NCBI RefSeq assembly: GCF_044704955.1
Contig: NW_027254113.1
Location: 434,001-498,000, forward strand
From: Pristiophorus japonicus
Lineage: Eukaryota
DNA: 64,000 nucleotides
Reading direction: 5' to 3'
A model generated the notes under the pieces. It was not told where the DNA came from. It saw only the letters and a list, made by a program, of their open reading frames with translations, and made no database searches. This document shows, in pieces, positions 52,222 to 64,000 of this stretch (position 1 is the stretch's first letter; each line of letters opens with the position of its first letter). The translations under genes and the position numbers were made by a program.

Positions 52222-53486
52222 CTTTATTTTATATTTCTGTTTATTTTAATAATTATTTCGTTCACTGAAACTTAGGTTCAGTGGATTTTGTTTTGAGATT
52301 TTTTGCAATTTTCAATGTGATTCTGCTGCAAAGTGATTATAGAATTCAACTGTTTCTCCACAGAAAATGTTGTTGATGTGATTTTCTGTTTATTTGCTGA
52401 CGAGACATGTGCCTGGGTTACTCTAAAAACATTATGGTTTTTACACTGTTTGATGTTTCTGCAATGTTTAATTTTGGTGACCACTAATTGCTGCAGTTTT
52501 TCTGATCGAATGCAAACATTGTGTTTAAATGTGTTTAAAAGAACATTGTAGACACAAAACAGAAAGCTTAGCGACCAGTAAATAATCTTAAGGAATTTTA
52601 AGTTTTTTAATGAAAATTGGATTGTCATCTACTGACCGAATGTTCCCGAACTCTCAGATTCAATACGTGAGCTGTTACTGTAATTAAGTACTTAAAAATT
52701 AACATATTTCACGCTGGGACACACTTAAATTAATATTATTAACATTATTATAATGTAGCAATATCATCACGTTTTATTAAATATGCTATAATATCAACAT
52801 TAATGTATTTAACATGATCTGTCTAATCACAATTCTGCTCTCATTATTTTATATTTCTGTTGAATTCAATCTTTAGTTATTTCAGTGTTAGGCGGGTTCA
52901 GTGATTTTGTAATGAGATTTTTTGCAATGATACATTTGATTCTGCTGAAAGGGTTGATGAAATGAAGGATCTGCTCCATGAAAGGTTCTGTCGAGGGATT
53001 CCGCCCCTCAGTGATGTGATTTAGTGTTGATCTGCTGAGGAGAGATGTGCCTGTGTTACTCAGAATACCTAGAATTTGTGAATCTAGGCGTTTCTACAAT
53101 GTTCAATATGGGTGTCAGCGGGCAGCAGCAGGTTTCTGCTCGAATGCAAACACGATATGTGTTTGAAACTGTTTGAAAACAGTTTATAGACAGAGAACAG
53201 GACGGGTTTCGAAATCAGAAATCATTGAAAGGTATTTTAATATAACAATTATACAAGTGATAATTATATATTCAACTATTAATTTATGTTTACGATGCTG
53301 ATATTTTATTGTGCGAAATGTAACTAATTGCCATCTGAATAATTAACGTGTTCAGGATGTAGTTGAATTAAATTAATATTAACCAACCGATTATAATGCG
53401 ATAATATCTCCCAGTGTTATTAAAATATGCTATAAGTCCAATGTTAATTTACTTAATATTATTCGCCTTCCAAAATCCTGCTCTAC
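52222..53486. repeat. Ancient tandem duplication of about 630 bp at the start of the J-C intron
   Basis: Paired anchors ttattttatatttctgtt, ggttcagtg...gagattttttgcaat, cgaatgcaaaca and atatgctataa...ctgctct in both halves. Confidence 0.8.
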
Positions 53487-55724
53487 ACTGGGCTCCATTA
53501 AAGGAAGCAGAAACTTTTAGAGGCTGGATACAGTTATTAATTATGCCTGCAATTATTTCATTAATAACATACTGATTCCACCGCTGTGTTCAGTTTGAGT
53601 CGGGAGTTCAATTATTTGCTACCTCCTGTTTACACAGATGAATGACTGAGTGCAATTAATTATAACTTAAAGCCGTGTTGCAAATTGCATTTTGTCAATT
53701 TAATATATCTGCTGGGGTATGACATTCTCACTGTGCAGCCTAAAATTGTTATTGAATCAATATTGTGTGTTGTTTGATAGAATTATTACTAAATTAATCT
53801 TGAACACTATGCAAGACCAAAAGCTGAGAGACAGGCGTCGCTGGCAGTCAAAGAATTATTCATGTAATTATATTTAAATTCAAGGCAGGTTCCGACTGTG
53901 TATGGATGGAGACAGGCAAATAATCCATTGAAATTCAAGCAGATTAATTTACTTACAAAAGGTCCATCTTCTTTTGAATTTAAAACAAAATCCTATCTCC
54001 CAAAACGCTGCTGTATGCGGAATAGAACGGTAGACAAAGCACAGATAATATCTGAGAGTTATGTTTAATTCTTATGAATGTTAAATTGATGAACAAAGTC
54101 TCACCTCATTCAGTTTCAGTGTCGCATATGGTCTGAATGATTTGTTATCCTCCAGTTTTACACTCACCATTCTGGAAACTATTTTCAAGAAGTAGCAGAA
54201 TATATTTAATCATTAATTTGCGGGCATTATGTGAATAACGGGAGTGAACTATAAAAGATTGTCTGTGTTATTAAACAGCGGAGGCTCTGCTATTGACTTT
54301 AAGCTGCACGGGTGGGTTTTAATTAATAAAACCATTTTTGGGGTTTAAGATTGAGGAGAATATTTCAGCTCGAGATTCCAGTATTAGTAAACAAGCGGTT
54401 TACAACCATCGGAGTTGTGACCTCGGCTGGACAGAGAACTATTTAAAATAGTCCTCCCCTAAATCCATCATGTGAAATGTTCTCTGCGAATAGACTCAGT
54501 TTTTGCTATATCAGAAACATGCAGAGTTTAAAAAGATGTCGGTCGAGAGCGGGACAGTGGTAGAACTGCGTGATTATTGTCAATTATTCAAATTTGATTC
54601 GATTTAAGTAAAAATAAGGTATTTTTCTGAGAATGTATGTATTAATATGCTGCTTAATATTTTAATATTCATGAATTGTTATTGTAAGTTAAGTTAATCT
54701 TAATATATCACAAGTTACCAGGCAGAAAAAGGTTTTAATATTATTATTAATTAATTGCATTAGTAAGGCATGCATTCAAGAACGTTAATTTAATTTCAAA
54801 AGTTCCAGGTACGTGTGCTTCTGAGCAGGAAGAGCCAGATAGGCACTCAGATTATTTTCAATAACCAGCTAACATGAACATTAACTTAGACAGTAACATC
54901 AGTGCTAATTCATTAAACATAAACGATCCATTACAATTGTGTTGCATACTGGTCAGTATTACAATTATTGCAAAATCTCAAGGGTTGCAGATAAAGTTTA
55001 ATTAATTCATAAGTTAATTTACAAAACAATGCATGTATAACCCGGCTGTGCTGAGTTTGATAAGGTGTCGCTGCAGATTTTAGTGAATTAACTTCTTGTT
55101 TTGCCTCGATGATTTTACAGGTTATATTTACTGATGAAAATATATAAAATCAGTGGGTGATCAGGTTTCAATGTAGATGTCCCCTGGATTGTGACATTCT
55201 GAATATGTCACCAAGTCCCGTGTGACGGGCAGCAAATTGCCGTGGAATGTGAATTATTTCCAGATACTTACTTTCAGGGAAGTTAATTTTTACACGGTTT
55301 ACAAGATAGTTGACAGAGATGGAAAAATGGCTGGATGTTGAAGTTTCTCTCAAATTAATATCAGTTTAATTTCAAAGAATCTGCAGAGTTGCGGTGGTTG
55401 GAAATTGGCAAGAAATAAATTAGAAATCAAACAACTTCATTGAAATTAATAGATTGAACTGGTCTCTCTGCCTGGAGCACCGTTTGTGTCTGTTCTGTTT
55501 ATGTGCGCCTGCTCACTGTGTGAGAATCAGGAATCCTCCTGACGGGTTGTAAAACTTCTGGATTGTGATCCTGTATTGCGGGGAGTGTCATTTAACTCAG
55601 TTATTTAAGAAACTGGAATAGGTGAGAAACGTGAAAGATTGACTTTGAGGTTGTGGAGTCTCCGCAGAAATGAGATCGTTAATCCAGATTATGATAGCCA
55701 GAAGAAGCAGTTCCGAAACACCAT

Positions 55725-56520
55725 GGGGAGACAGTAGAAGGAGCTTTAATCAGTTTCTAACCCGGTAGTACCTGCCCTGGGAGTGTTTGATGGGACAGGG
55801 CAGAAGGAGCTTTACTCTGTATCTAGCCCATGCTGTACGTGCCCTGGGAGTGTTTGATGGGACAGTGTAGAGGGAGTGTTACTCTGTATTTAGCCCATGC
55901 TCTACGTGCCCTAGGAGTGTTGATGGGACAGTGTAGATGGAGCTTTACTCTGTATCTTGACCCATGTTGTACCTGCCCTGAGAATGTTTAATGGGACACT
56001 GTAGAGGGAGCTTTACACTGTACCTGTCTTGGGAGTGTTTGATGGGACAGTGAAGAGGGAGCTTTACTCTGCAACTAACCCGTGCTTTACCTTAAATGGC
56101 AGTGCTTGATGGGACATTGCAGAGATAGTATTTAAACTTTTATTTACAAGGACGTGGAGCTTAATTGGGTCCTTCAATATAGATTGATCTTCTATTTAAT
56201 CAGAGCTCTAGGTGAGCTGGTGCGCTTTAATGGATCAGTGTATCGGAAGCTTTTATTTGTACTTGTGATAATTGTGCTTAATCTAATCGGTCAATTTGAT
56301 AACGCATTTTAAGGGAAGACATTTCGTAGCACATCTCTGCAGTACTTCAGCTGGGAATGTTTGACGGGATAGCACAGATAACGTATTACTCTGTGTGCAA
56401 CCCTTGCTATACCTGTCCTGACCCACACGGCAGCATAGCGGGAGCTTTGCTCTCTTATCCGTGCTATATCTGACCTGAGAGTGCTTGGTCAGGCAGTGTT
56501 CAAGGCACCGTTATCTGCGT
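55725..56520. repeat. About 65-bp minisatellite in the J-C intron
   Basis: Same unit as 8275-8592, decaying toward the 3' end. Confidence 0.88.
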
Positions 56521-57229
56521 CTAACAGATAGCAGATAAACTGCTCGTGCCAGATATATACAATGAATCGTCCCATTGCCCAGATTAAACAACGCACATTC
56601 ATTGATGTTTATATTCTTTCTGAAAAAAATGCCCAATTTTTAATGAGTTATTAATGTTTGAACATTTTGAGCATCAGATTACTATTGAACAAGATTGGCC
56701 TGATCCTCAGCTCACTTTCAGAACAAACCGTTTCAGGAAGTGAATAACGCTCCAGAAAGCAGCGCCTGTTCTGATCTGTTGGGAGGCTGTAAGATATTTT
56801 CACAATTTAAATGGAGAATATCGGGACTGCCGCTTCAAATGACCGTCATGAGGACCTCATGTTTAGAAACATTATGTTGTTCAATTCTTCCTGAGAAGGT
56901 TAAAGGCAGGGACAAACTATGACGAGATGCAGCTATTGGCCTGGGTCACAAGACAAGGCACACAGTCACTGAGCTGCAATTCTGTGAAACATTTAAAGAG
57001 ATAGAGTCAACCTGCAATACGTCATCATTCACAATGAACTTTAAGCCTTTATAACAGCATGCGATTGACTAATTTGCGTCAGATTTATAAGATCCTTTTC
57101 TGAAATATCCTCTTTCATTCTAATGAACAATAAAAGTAGATCTGGTAGAGGTGTCCAAAATATGAAGCGTTTCCTTCCGTTAAATCTAGAAGAACTATTC
57201 CCATGACTCGTATAGAATGATAGCATCTC

Positions 57230-58125
57230 ACAACACTGAAAAGACCATTCAGACATCGTGCCTGTGCCGGCTCTGAAAGAGCTGTCCAATTTAGTCCAAC
57301 TCCCCAGGGTTTTCATTGTAAACGTGCAAATGAATCCTCCTGACGTACAGGATGAACTGCCTGGAGCATTCCTGAAATTACCAACCCTCTGTGTGAAAAA
57401 ATTACCCCAATTTCCCCTTTCGATCTTCTGCCAATTATTTTAAATCTGTGACCTTTGGTTACGCACCTTCTTTCCAGCGAAAACTGTTTCTCCCTACTTG
57501 CTCTATCAAAACCTGTCATAATGTTGAATATCTCTCTTAGGTCTCCTCTTAACCTCTGCTCTAAGGAGAACATCCCAGCTTCTCCAATCTCTCCACATAA
57601 CTGAAGATCCCATCCCTGGCATCATCCTGGTAAAAGCCTCCCCTCTACACTCCCCAAGGGCTTGACATCCTTCCTACACTGTTGTTCCAGAATTGTGCAC
57701 AATACTCCAGCTGAGGTCTAACACGTGATCTGTAAGTTTAGCATAACCGCCTTGTTTTTGTAGTCAATGTCCCATTTACAATGTCAAGTATCCCATACGC
57801 TTTCATAATAGTCTAACCAGTTTGCCCTGCCCCCTTCAAAGATTTGTGAATATGTACATCTAGATATCTCTGTTCGTGCATCCCCTCAAAATAATACTAT
57901 TTAGATTATACTGCCTCTCCATCTTCCATCCAATGTGCATCGCTTCTCAATGATTCGCATTAAATTGCAATTGCCATGTTCCCGCCCATTTCACTGGACC
58001 ATCTGTCTCCTCATGGAGTCTGCTGCTATCATGTTCACTATTGGCTACGTTGCCAGGTTTTGCATTATCTTTTAAATTCGAAATTGCATTCCCTATACCC
58101 AAGTCCATGTCATTGTTACATAACA
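57230..58125 (-). mobile_element. Old CR1 fragment in the J-C intron
   Basis: FSLEQRLRGDLREIFNIMTGFDR...KGHRFKI; KWAGTWQLQFN. Confidence 0.8.
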
Positions 58126-58888
58126 AGAACAACAATGGGAATTGAAATGGGCCATTTAAGGAGAAACTTCCAATTAACCGGAATTTGGAATGGTATTTTA
58201 TTCGGATTATTAATTGAGTGGCAGGGAGGAGGAAACTCAAGAGACATGCATTCAATAGGATGGGATAGAGTCCAGATCACAGTGCGCTGAAGGACATCGC
58301 TCTCCCTCAAATACTGAGAAAGAAAGAGAGAGATTCAACTCAATCGCGATTCATCTACAGACTGAATCTTAGAAACTAGACTATGGAAATGCTTCCTGTT
58401 GAATTATGTGGCAGGCAAATTTAGAGGGTTTTTTGCTGACGCGCGAGGCAGGAATTCCGCTGTTACTTTGAAGTGCAGTCACTGTTGTTTTGTAGGGATA
58501 CGCCGCAGGCAATGTGCACAGAGTAAATTTCCCCAAACTGCAATAAAGGACCAAAAATGGTGCTGATTGAGAAATAAATGATGGCCGAAAAAGCAGGAAC
58601 ACGTCTCTGTTCTTCGATTGTATGATCCAATGAAGGATTCTTTATTGACGAGTTATGTAAAAGTTCTTGTTGTGTAATGTGATAGAGCTCGGGGATAGAG
58701 AGGTGTGTTCCTGACAGGGGCATCGACAGGTGCTTATGATGGAACTGACAGAAGCTCAAATGCCCGTGTAGTCTTTGATGGGGAAATGATGGAATTAGTT
58801 TATTCTGCAGTCAAATTTCGAGTTGTTTATTTCTTTTATAAGCACGGATTACAGAGTCTAACTTGTTCAATGGGCCATTCCTTCCCAG

Positions 58889-59188
58889 TAACACCGTCTC
58901 CCCCCACCCTCTACGCCCTGCTCTCCTCCTGTGAACAACCCAGCACCGATGGCTCCATCACGTACGGCTGTTTGGCAATGGACTATTCCCCCGACATCAC
59001 CAGCCTTTCCTGGAAGAAAGATAAAGAGCCGATCACCACTGGATTGAAGACCTACCCGCCACTGCTCAACAAGAAGGGAACCTACACCCAGAGCAGCCAG
59101 TTAACCATCACCGAGTCAGAGGTGGGGAGCAGCACAATCAACTGCGAGGTTCGACGTGGTGTGTCGGTCTGGGCCATCACAATGCCAG
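58889..59188 (+). CDS. IGHM: IgM constant exon CH1
   Basis: ttcccag| to |gttagt; [16 protein letters not shown]...[10 protein letters not shown]...SWKK...[12 protein letters not shown]...CEVR; retains the early Cys normally used for light-chain linkage. Confidence 0.95.
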
Positions 59189-59227
59189 GTTAGTGGTGTG
59201 GGATACAGGGAAAACTGTGATAAGATG

Positions 59228-59492
59228 AGAAATTATGTTTAACTTGCATCGGAACTTGATCAGACAACACTTAGAGTACTGTGTGCAATTCTGCTCTCTG
59301 TATCATACTTATAATGCTGTGCACAGTTCTAGTCTCCTTATCACATTTAGAATATTGTTTAAATTTCTGGTTTCCATCTCGTACTTAGAATATTATGCAT
59401 AATTCTGGTCTCCATATCACACTTAGAATATTGTGCACAGTTCCGGGCTGCATATTACACTGAGAATTCTGTGCACAGTCCTGCTCTCTGTA
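59228..59492 (+). repeat. 38-bp tandem repeat (about 6 copies) derived from a CR1 ORF2 segment
   Basis: Unit cacttagagtactgtgtgcaattctgctctctgtatca = HLEYCVQF motif; preceded by non-repeated CR1-like sequence. Confidence 0.8.
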
Positions 59493-59606
59493 ACTGCCAG
59501 GTTTGTTTTAGTCTGACAGCAAAGAACCCGTTAAAATATAAGGACACTTTGCATTTCTTAATCATTTATTTTGCAAGCAATGTCAGTAATATGTCTTCTC
59601 TTGAAG

Positions 59607-59924
59607 ATCCTGAACGGGACATCGTTCCTCCAACTGTTCTCCTCACACTGAGTTCCACTGAACAAATCACCAGCAGCAGATATGCAAGCGCCGTGTGTTC
59701 AATCATCGATTTCAGGCCAAAGTCACTGACTGTGAATTGGCTGAAGAGTGGACAACTCATGGATTCGGGCTTCCTCACCTCTCCCGTCTTTGAGGTGAAC
59801 GGGAACTTCTCGACAGCCAGTCGGCTGACAGTCCCCGCCGAGGAATGGTTAACCGGCTCGGTCTACACCTGCCAGGTCACTCATCAAGGGGTCACGCAAA
59901 ACCGTAACTTCAGCAGATCTCAGG
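59607..59924 (+). CDS. IGHM: IgM constant exon CH2
   Basis: ttgaag| to |gtaaga; PPTVLLT...[18 protein letters not shown]...[10 protein letters not shown]...YTCQVTH. Confidence 0.95.
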
Positions 59925-60056
59925 GTAAGAGGTACAATCCAGGGAGGTTCCAGACCATTCTGAGCGCTGATCTCAGTCAAGACTTTTATTGGAATTAGTA
60001 AAAAGCACAGAACTATTCCTAATTTCCAATCATGCAGTTTGTGTATTCTTGTGATA

Positions 60057-60480
60057 CAAACTTGCCTTTATACAGCGCCTTCAGCGACCACAGACTGAAC
60101 CAAAGCGCTTGCCAGCCAATGAATTAAGTTGTGAAATGTGGTCACAGTTGTAATGTACAAAGTGCGGCAGTCATTTAGTGCACAGCAAGCTCCCACAAAC
60201 AGCAGTGTGATAATGACCATTTTTTTTGTTTAGTAATATTTCTTGAGGGATAAATATTTCCAGGCCACCAGGGAGAACTCCTCTGCTTTTCATTGAAATA
60301 TTTCCAGGGGAACGTTTATGTCCACCTGAGAGGCCAGACGGATCCTCGGTTTAACACCTGATCTGAAAGCCGGAACCTCCGATAGTGCACCACGCCCCCA
60401 GTACTGCACTGGGAGACTCAGCTTACATTTTGTGATCAAGTATCTGGAGTGGGACTTCAACCCCGATCTTCTGGTTCAGG
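60057..60480 (-). mobile_element. tRNA-derived SINE in the CH2-CH3 intron
   Basis: Reverse complement of the 6997-7446 family. Confidence 0.75.
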
Positions 60481-60679
60481 ATTCCTCATTGTTCAGGATA
60501 TATTAACCTCGCCAAAGAAGATTTCTCCCTGCTCTAACTTCAGGCAGTGAGTGAAGTGTCCTTAGTCTCAGGTATATCCTGAGTTGGCTGATCATATACG
60601 GAGTGGCAGTAGGAGTCTGGAACCCTTTACCGCTAACTGTCCAGGAACCCACTGCTAGAATGGACATTTACCCTATTCA

Positions 60680-61175
60680 GAGCACTGAGCCCAATTCTGG
60701 GTTGCGCACCTCAGGAAGGATATACTGGTCGTGGAGGCGGTAAAGTGCATGTTTACCTGAATTATACCGGGACTAATTATATAAAATGAGCAGGAGACGA
60801 ATATAGAACGTTAAGAGATGATCCAATTGACATGTTTAAGTTGATAAATGGAATTGATCGAGTAGATATAGAAAAAATTATTTAGTTTGATGAAAGAATC
60901 GAGAACAAGTAGCAGAACCTTAAAATTAGAGCTAGGCCGTGCAGAGGTGATGTCAGAAAGGATTTTCTCACAGGAAGAATAGTGCAAGTCGGGATTTCCC
61001 TCCCCAAAAGGTGCTGACGCTTGCTTTCAATTGAAAAGTAGAAAAGTGAGATTGATAGATTTTTGTTCGGCAATATTATCAAGGGTTACATAACCAAGGC
61101 GTGAAGATGGTGTTGATGATCTAACTGGATGGCAGGACAGGATGGATGGGCTGAATGGCCTCCTCCTGTTCCTAT
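60680..61175 (+). mobile_element. Old CR1 3' fragment in the CH2-CH3 intron
   Basis: aggaaggatatactgg...gggctgaatggcctcctcctgttcctatgtt tail. Confidence 0.75.
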
Positions 61176-61884
61176 GTTGCTATTAATGCCCTGAGGTCAT
61201 ATTTCACCCTGAATCTCTGTCACCATACATGATAAATGTTCAGTAATTACAGAAATTGACAAACTACCTCACATCATTACAAATGACGCCCGACCATAAA
61301 GATTCCTTGGAACTCCATTCTCCCGATATTGCACTTCTCCTCTGACGGGGGATGTGACTGGTACCTGCACATTTTCACCGCAACAAAAAACGCAGCAAGA
61401 GACCATAAATTTAACTTTGTTTCCTGTTGACCTATAAATCCTGAAATTAATTTGACACTGGTTTTGAACGAGTATAATGCTGGTGTAGACCTCTTGAACT
61501 TCGGGCTATTCGGGCTTCAGCTTTTATAACCAGTGGAGATGCATTTGGGTGCAAGGATCTATAGACGGGTGTAAAGGAGCAAGGGTTTTCAGGAAGAGCG
61601 CTATTCAATGCCTAACACAATTGCACCCCAGTCTATTCCCATTTTACGCCGGGTATTTGCTTCACAGCCCATTACAGGTGGCTCTGGCTGAAAATACACA
61701 GGAAATGTTACAGATCTACCGGAATCGTTGCCAATTCATTGTCTTCCAATAATGCTGGTGTTGAGGCAACAGCAAGAGGTTGATATCTTAAAAGTGAATT
61801 ATTCCCCTTAAAGAGTTAAGGCTAAATATTGGTATCCTGATTCTGAAGCCGCAGCTTTTCTTGACTATCATTCCTGTTTTGCAG

Positions 61885-62193
61885 TGGATGTCCCATGCAG
61901 CGATTCAAAAATCACTCTTCGCTCACCATCACTGGAACAGATATTACTGGAGGCGACGGTGACCTTAACCTGCGTCGTGTCAGACGCTCCTTATGGGCTC
62001 ACTGTGACCTGGACCCGAGAAAAGGAGGCTTTGAAATCAGAGATTGCCGTCCAACCGGGAGAGGATCCCAACAGCGTGATCAGCAACTTAAACATCTCGA
62101 CACAAGACTGGCTGAGTGGGGATAAGTTCTACTGCGTGGTGAGCCATCAGGATATGCCGACACCGATCAGAGAATCCATCCACAAGGAGAAGG
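61885..62193 (+). CDS. IGHM: IgM constant exon CH3
   Basis: ttttgcag| to |gtgagc; [19 protein letters not shown]...TWT...[20 protein letters not shown]. Confidence 0.95.
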
Positions 62194-63092
62194 GTGAGCG
62201 GGAAGATTGTTGCAATAAGTGACTATTTCTGCTGCATGTGCAAGGGCCAATTCATTATTTAAAGTGTTTAATGGGCTAATCTGATCATTCAGTTTGGTAA
62301 TTCCACGAACTCAGCACTCTGGGACCTGATGTTGTGTATGTTAGGGGAAACTGGATAAGTCCATGAGTGAGAAAGGGTATGTTATTAGGGTTAGATTAAG
62401 TGAGCTAGGAGGAGGCTTGTGTGGAACATACACACCGGCATAGACCAGTTGGCCAAATCTCCTTGTTATGTGCTGTAAATTGTATGTAATTTTCCACACC
62501 AATCCTTCAAGATTTCAGAGTGAAAGGTTGTGTTCCTCTGCTGCGGGATGGAAAACCAGAGGGGCCCCAGAGGGGAAAAGGAAAAGCTTTAAAATTCAAC
62601 GCAGTGTCCATTTCTTTCACATCTAACCACCTGAAATTGGCTGAATTTTAATGAGGAAGGCGAGTTGTGGGCGGTGGTCTCACAGGCCACCCGGGAGAAT
62701 GGGAGGATTGTAAGCCGAGTGAGGAGGTCTCGGATCACGGGGGGTGGGTTAGATAAGGACCCTGGATCCAGGGAGTATGTGTAAGGGCAATTATCACCTG
62801 GTTGCAGAAGTCCCCGCCTCGCTGTAACTGCAGGGATTTACACAGTGTGTCCAACCGGACCAGCGACAGATAAACACCAAATGGTGGTTAAAAAAGAGCA
62901 TTCCAGCCTAATTTAAATACATTACTCAAATATAATATTACAACTGGGAGTGGGCTAGTTGATGTCGGGATTACGATTTTTAACAATTTATATACCTCCA
63001 CGCCCAAAACCTGCCCGCTGTATTCGTTTAAAGTTTCCCCATTGTCTCTGGAACTGTCCAGTTCATTGGTCTTTATTGTAACTGTTCGACAG

Positions 63093-63484
63093 CGAAAGAT
63101 CCACGGGAACCAGCCGTGTCTGTCCTCCTGCCCTCGGCAGAAGAAGTCTCCGCTCAGAGGTTGGTCAGCCTCACCTGCTTAGTGAGAGGTTTCTCCCCCC
63201 GAGAGATCTTCGTCAAATGGACCGTCAATGACAAGCCGGTGGATTCGGGCAACTACAAGAACACCGAGGTGATGGCGGAGAACGGCAGCAGCTCCTTCTT
63301 CATGTACAGCCTGCTATCCATTGCAGCCGAGGAGTGGGCCAGCGGCGCTTCTTACTCCTGTATGGTGGGACATGAAGCGATCCCCTTGAAGATCACCAAC
63401 AGAACCGTCAATAAATCCAGCGGTAAACCCAGTTTCGTCAACATTTCCCTTGTTCTGATGGACACCGTAAATTCTTGTCAATGA
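63093..63484 (+). CDS. IGHM: IgM constant exon CH4 plus secretory tailpiece
   Basis: gacag|; [17 protein letters not shown]...YSLLSI...YSCMVGHE...[23 protein letters not shown]. Internal donor G|GTAAA after 63422 for the TM form; tail has an NIS sequon and penultimate Cys. Confidence 0.96.
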
Positions 63485-63522
63485 GAATCTCTCGATTGCA
63501 TTTCCGTTCTTAAATTAAAAAC

Positions 63523-63528
63523 AATAAA
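63523..63528 (+). terminator. Polyadenylation signal of the secretory transcript
   Basis: AATAAA about 40 nt after the stop codon. Confidence 0.8.
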
Positions 63529-64000
63529 GGGTTTTTTTTTCCAATCGTGAGTTAAACACACAGCCGCTCAATCAACTATGTTTCCTATTTTTGCCAATGT
63601 GAGGGCTGTTTATCTGAAGTAGGGTGTTTGCGCGCCTCGGTCCCAAGGCTTGTACAGCCAGCGCTCCCAGCTCAGATACACCATGGGTTGGAGACTGCGT
63701 GAAGTTCTCTCATTACAGAATTCCTGAAAGTAACTTCAGCAGAGAGAGAGTAAAGGCTAATTCTAATTCACTGTACCTCTCTCAAGCACCAGCGAGAGGG
63801 GAATGGGAAATGTGTAATTCACGTAACCCCCCACTGCCCCTCCTGCAGGGAGATAGGAAGTGAACCACTCTCTTTTAAATGCACTAAGTTGTTATCAGTA
63901 CAATGTCACATTCTAACCCATGGTCTAAAGATTTTAAACTTGCCAGATGAGTATTATAATCTGAAATAACTGTTTATTCCACGTAATATTTTTAAATAGG

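Noticed and set aside
53729-55522. Isolated CACTGTG heptamers in the J-C intron as extra J segments
   Set aside because: Not followed by a WGxG/FGxG motif and splice donor.
55725-56520. G-rich tandem repeat in the J-C intron as a class-switch region
   Set aside because: The same 65-bp family occurs at least four times in the upstream non-Ig DNA, and it is not dense in AGCT motifs.
63485-64000. IgM transmembrane exons
   Set aside because: No TM-coding exon is visible before the window ends; it is presumably further downstream.

Overview
Vertebrate genomic DNA from a cartilaginous fish (shark-type repeats and Ig sequences; species not determinable here). The right-hand part (about 51.0-63.5 kb, + strand) holds one IgM heavy-chain cluster: split leader, VH with a 23-bp-spacer RSS, J, and four constant exons CH1-CH4 with a secretory tail. 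All splice sites are GT-AG and phase 1, and the frames are open. TM exons are not in the window. The cluster is not in the usual V-D1-D2-J layout. A single 12-bp-spacer RSS runs straight into 28 nt of D-like sequence already fused in frame to J (V...D(D)J), so only one V-to-DJ joint is left to make. The left-hand 46 kb is a tandem array of a roughly 11-kb composite unit: CR1-type LINE fragments, a tRNA-derived SINE, 27-bp and about 65-bp minisatellites, and non-TE blocks. It includes a young 4.6-kb triplication. Some non-TE blocks carry conserved minus-strand splice signals and synonymous-biased differences between copies, suggesting an unidentified, partly decayed spliced gene. Most ORF-track entries are LINE fragments or satellite translations. 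There are two N gaps.
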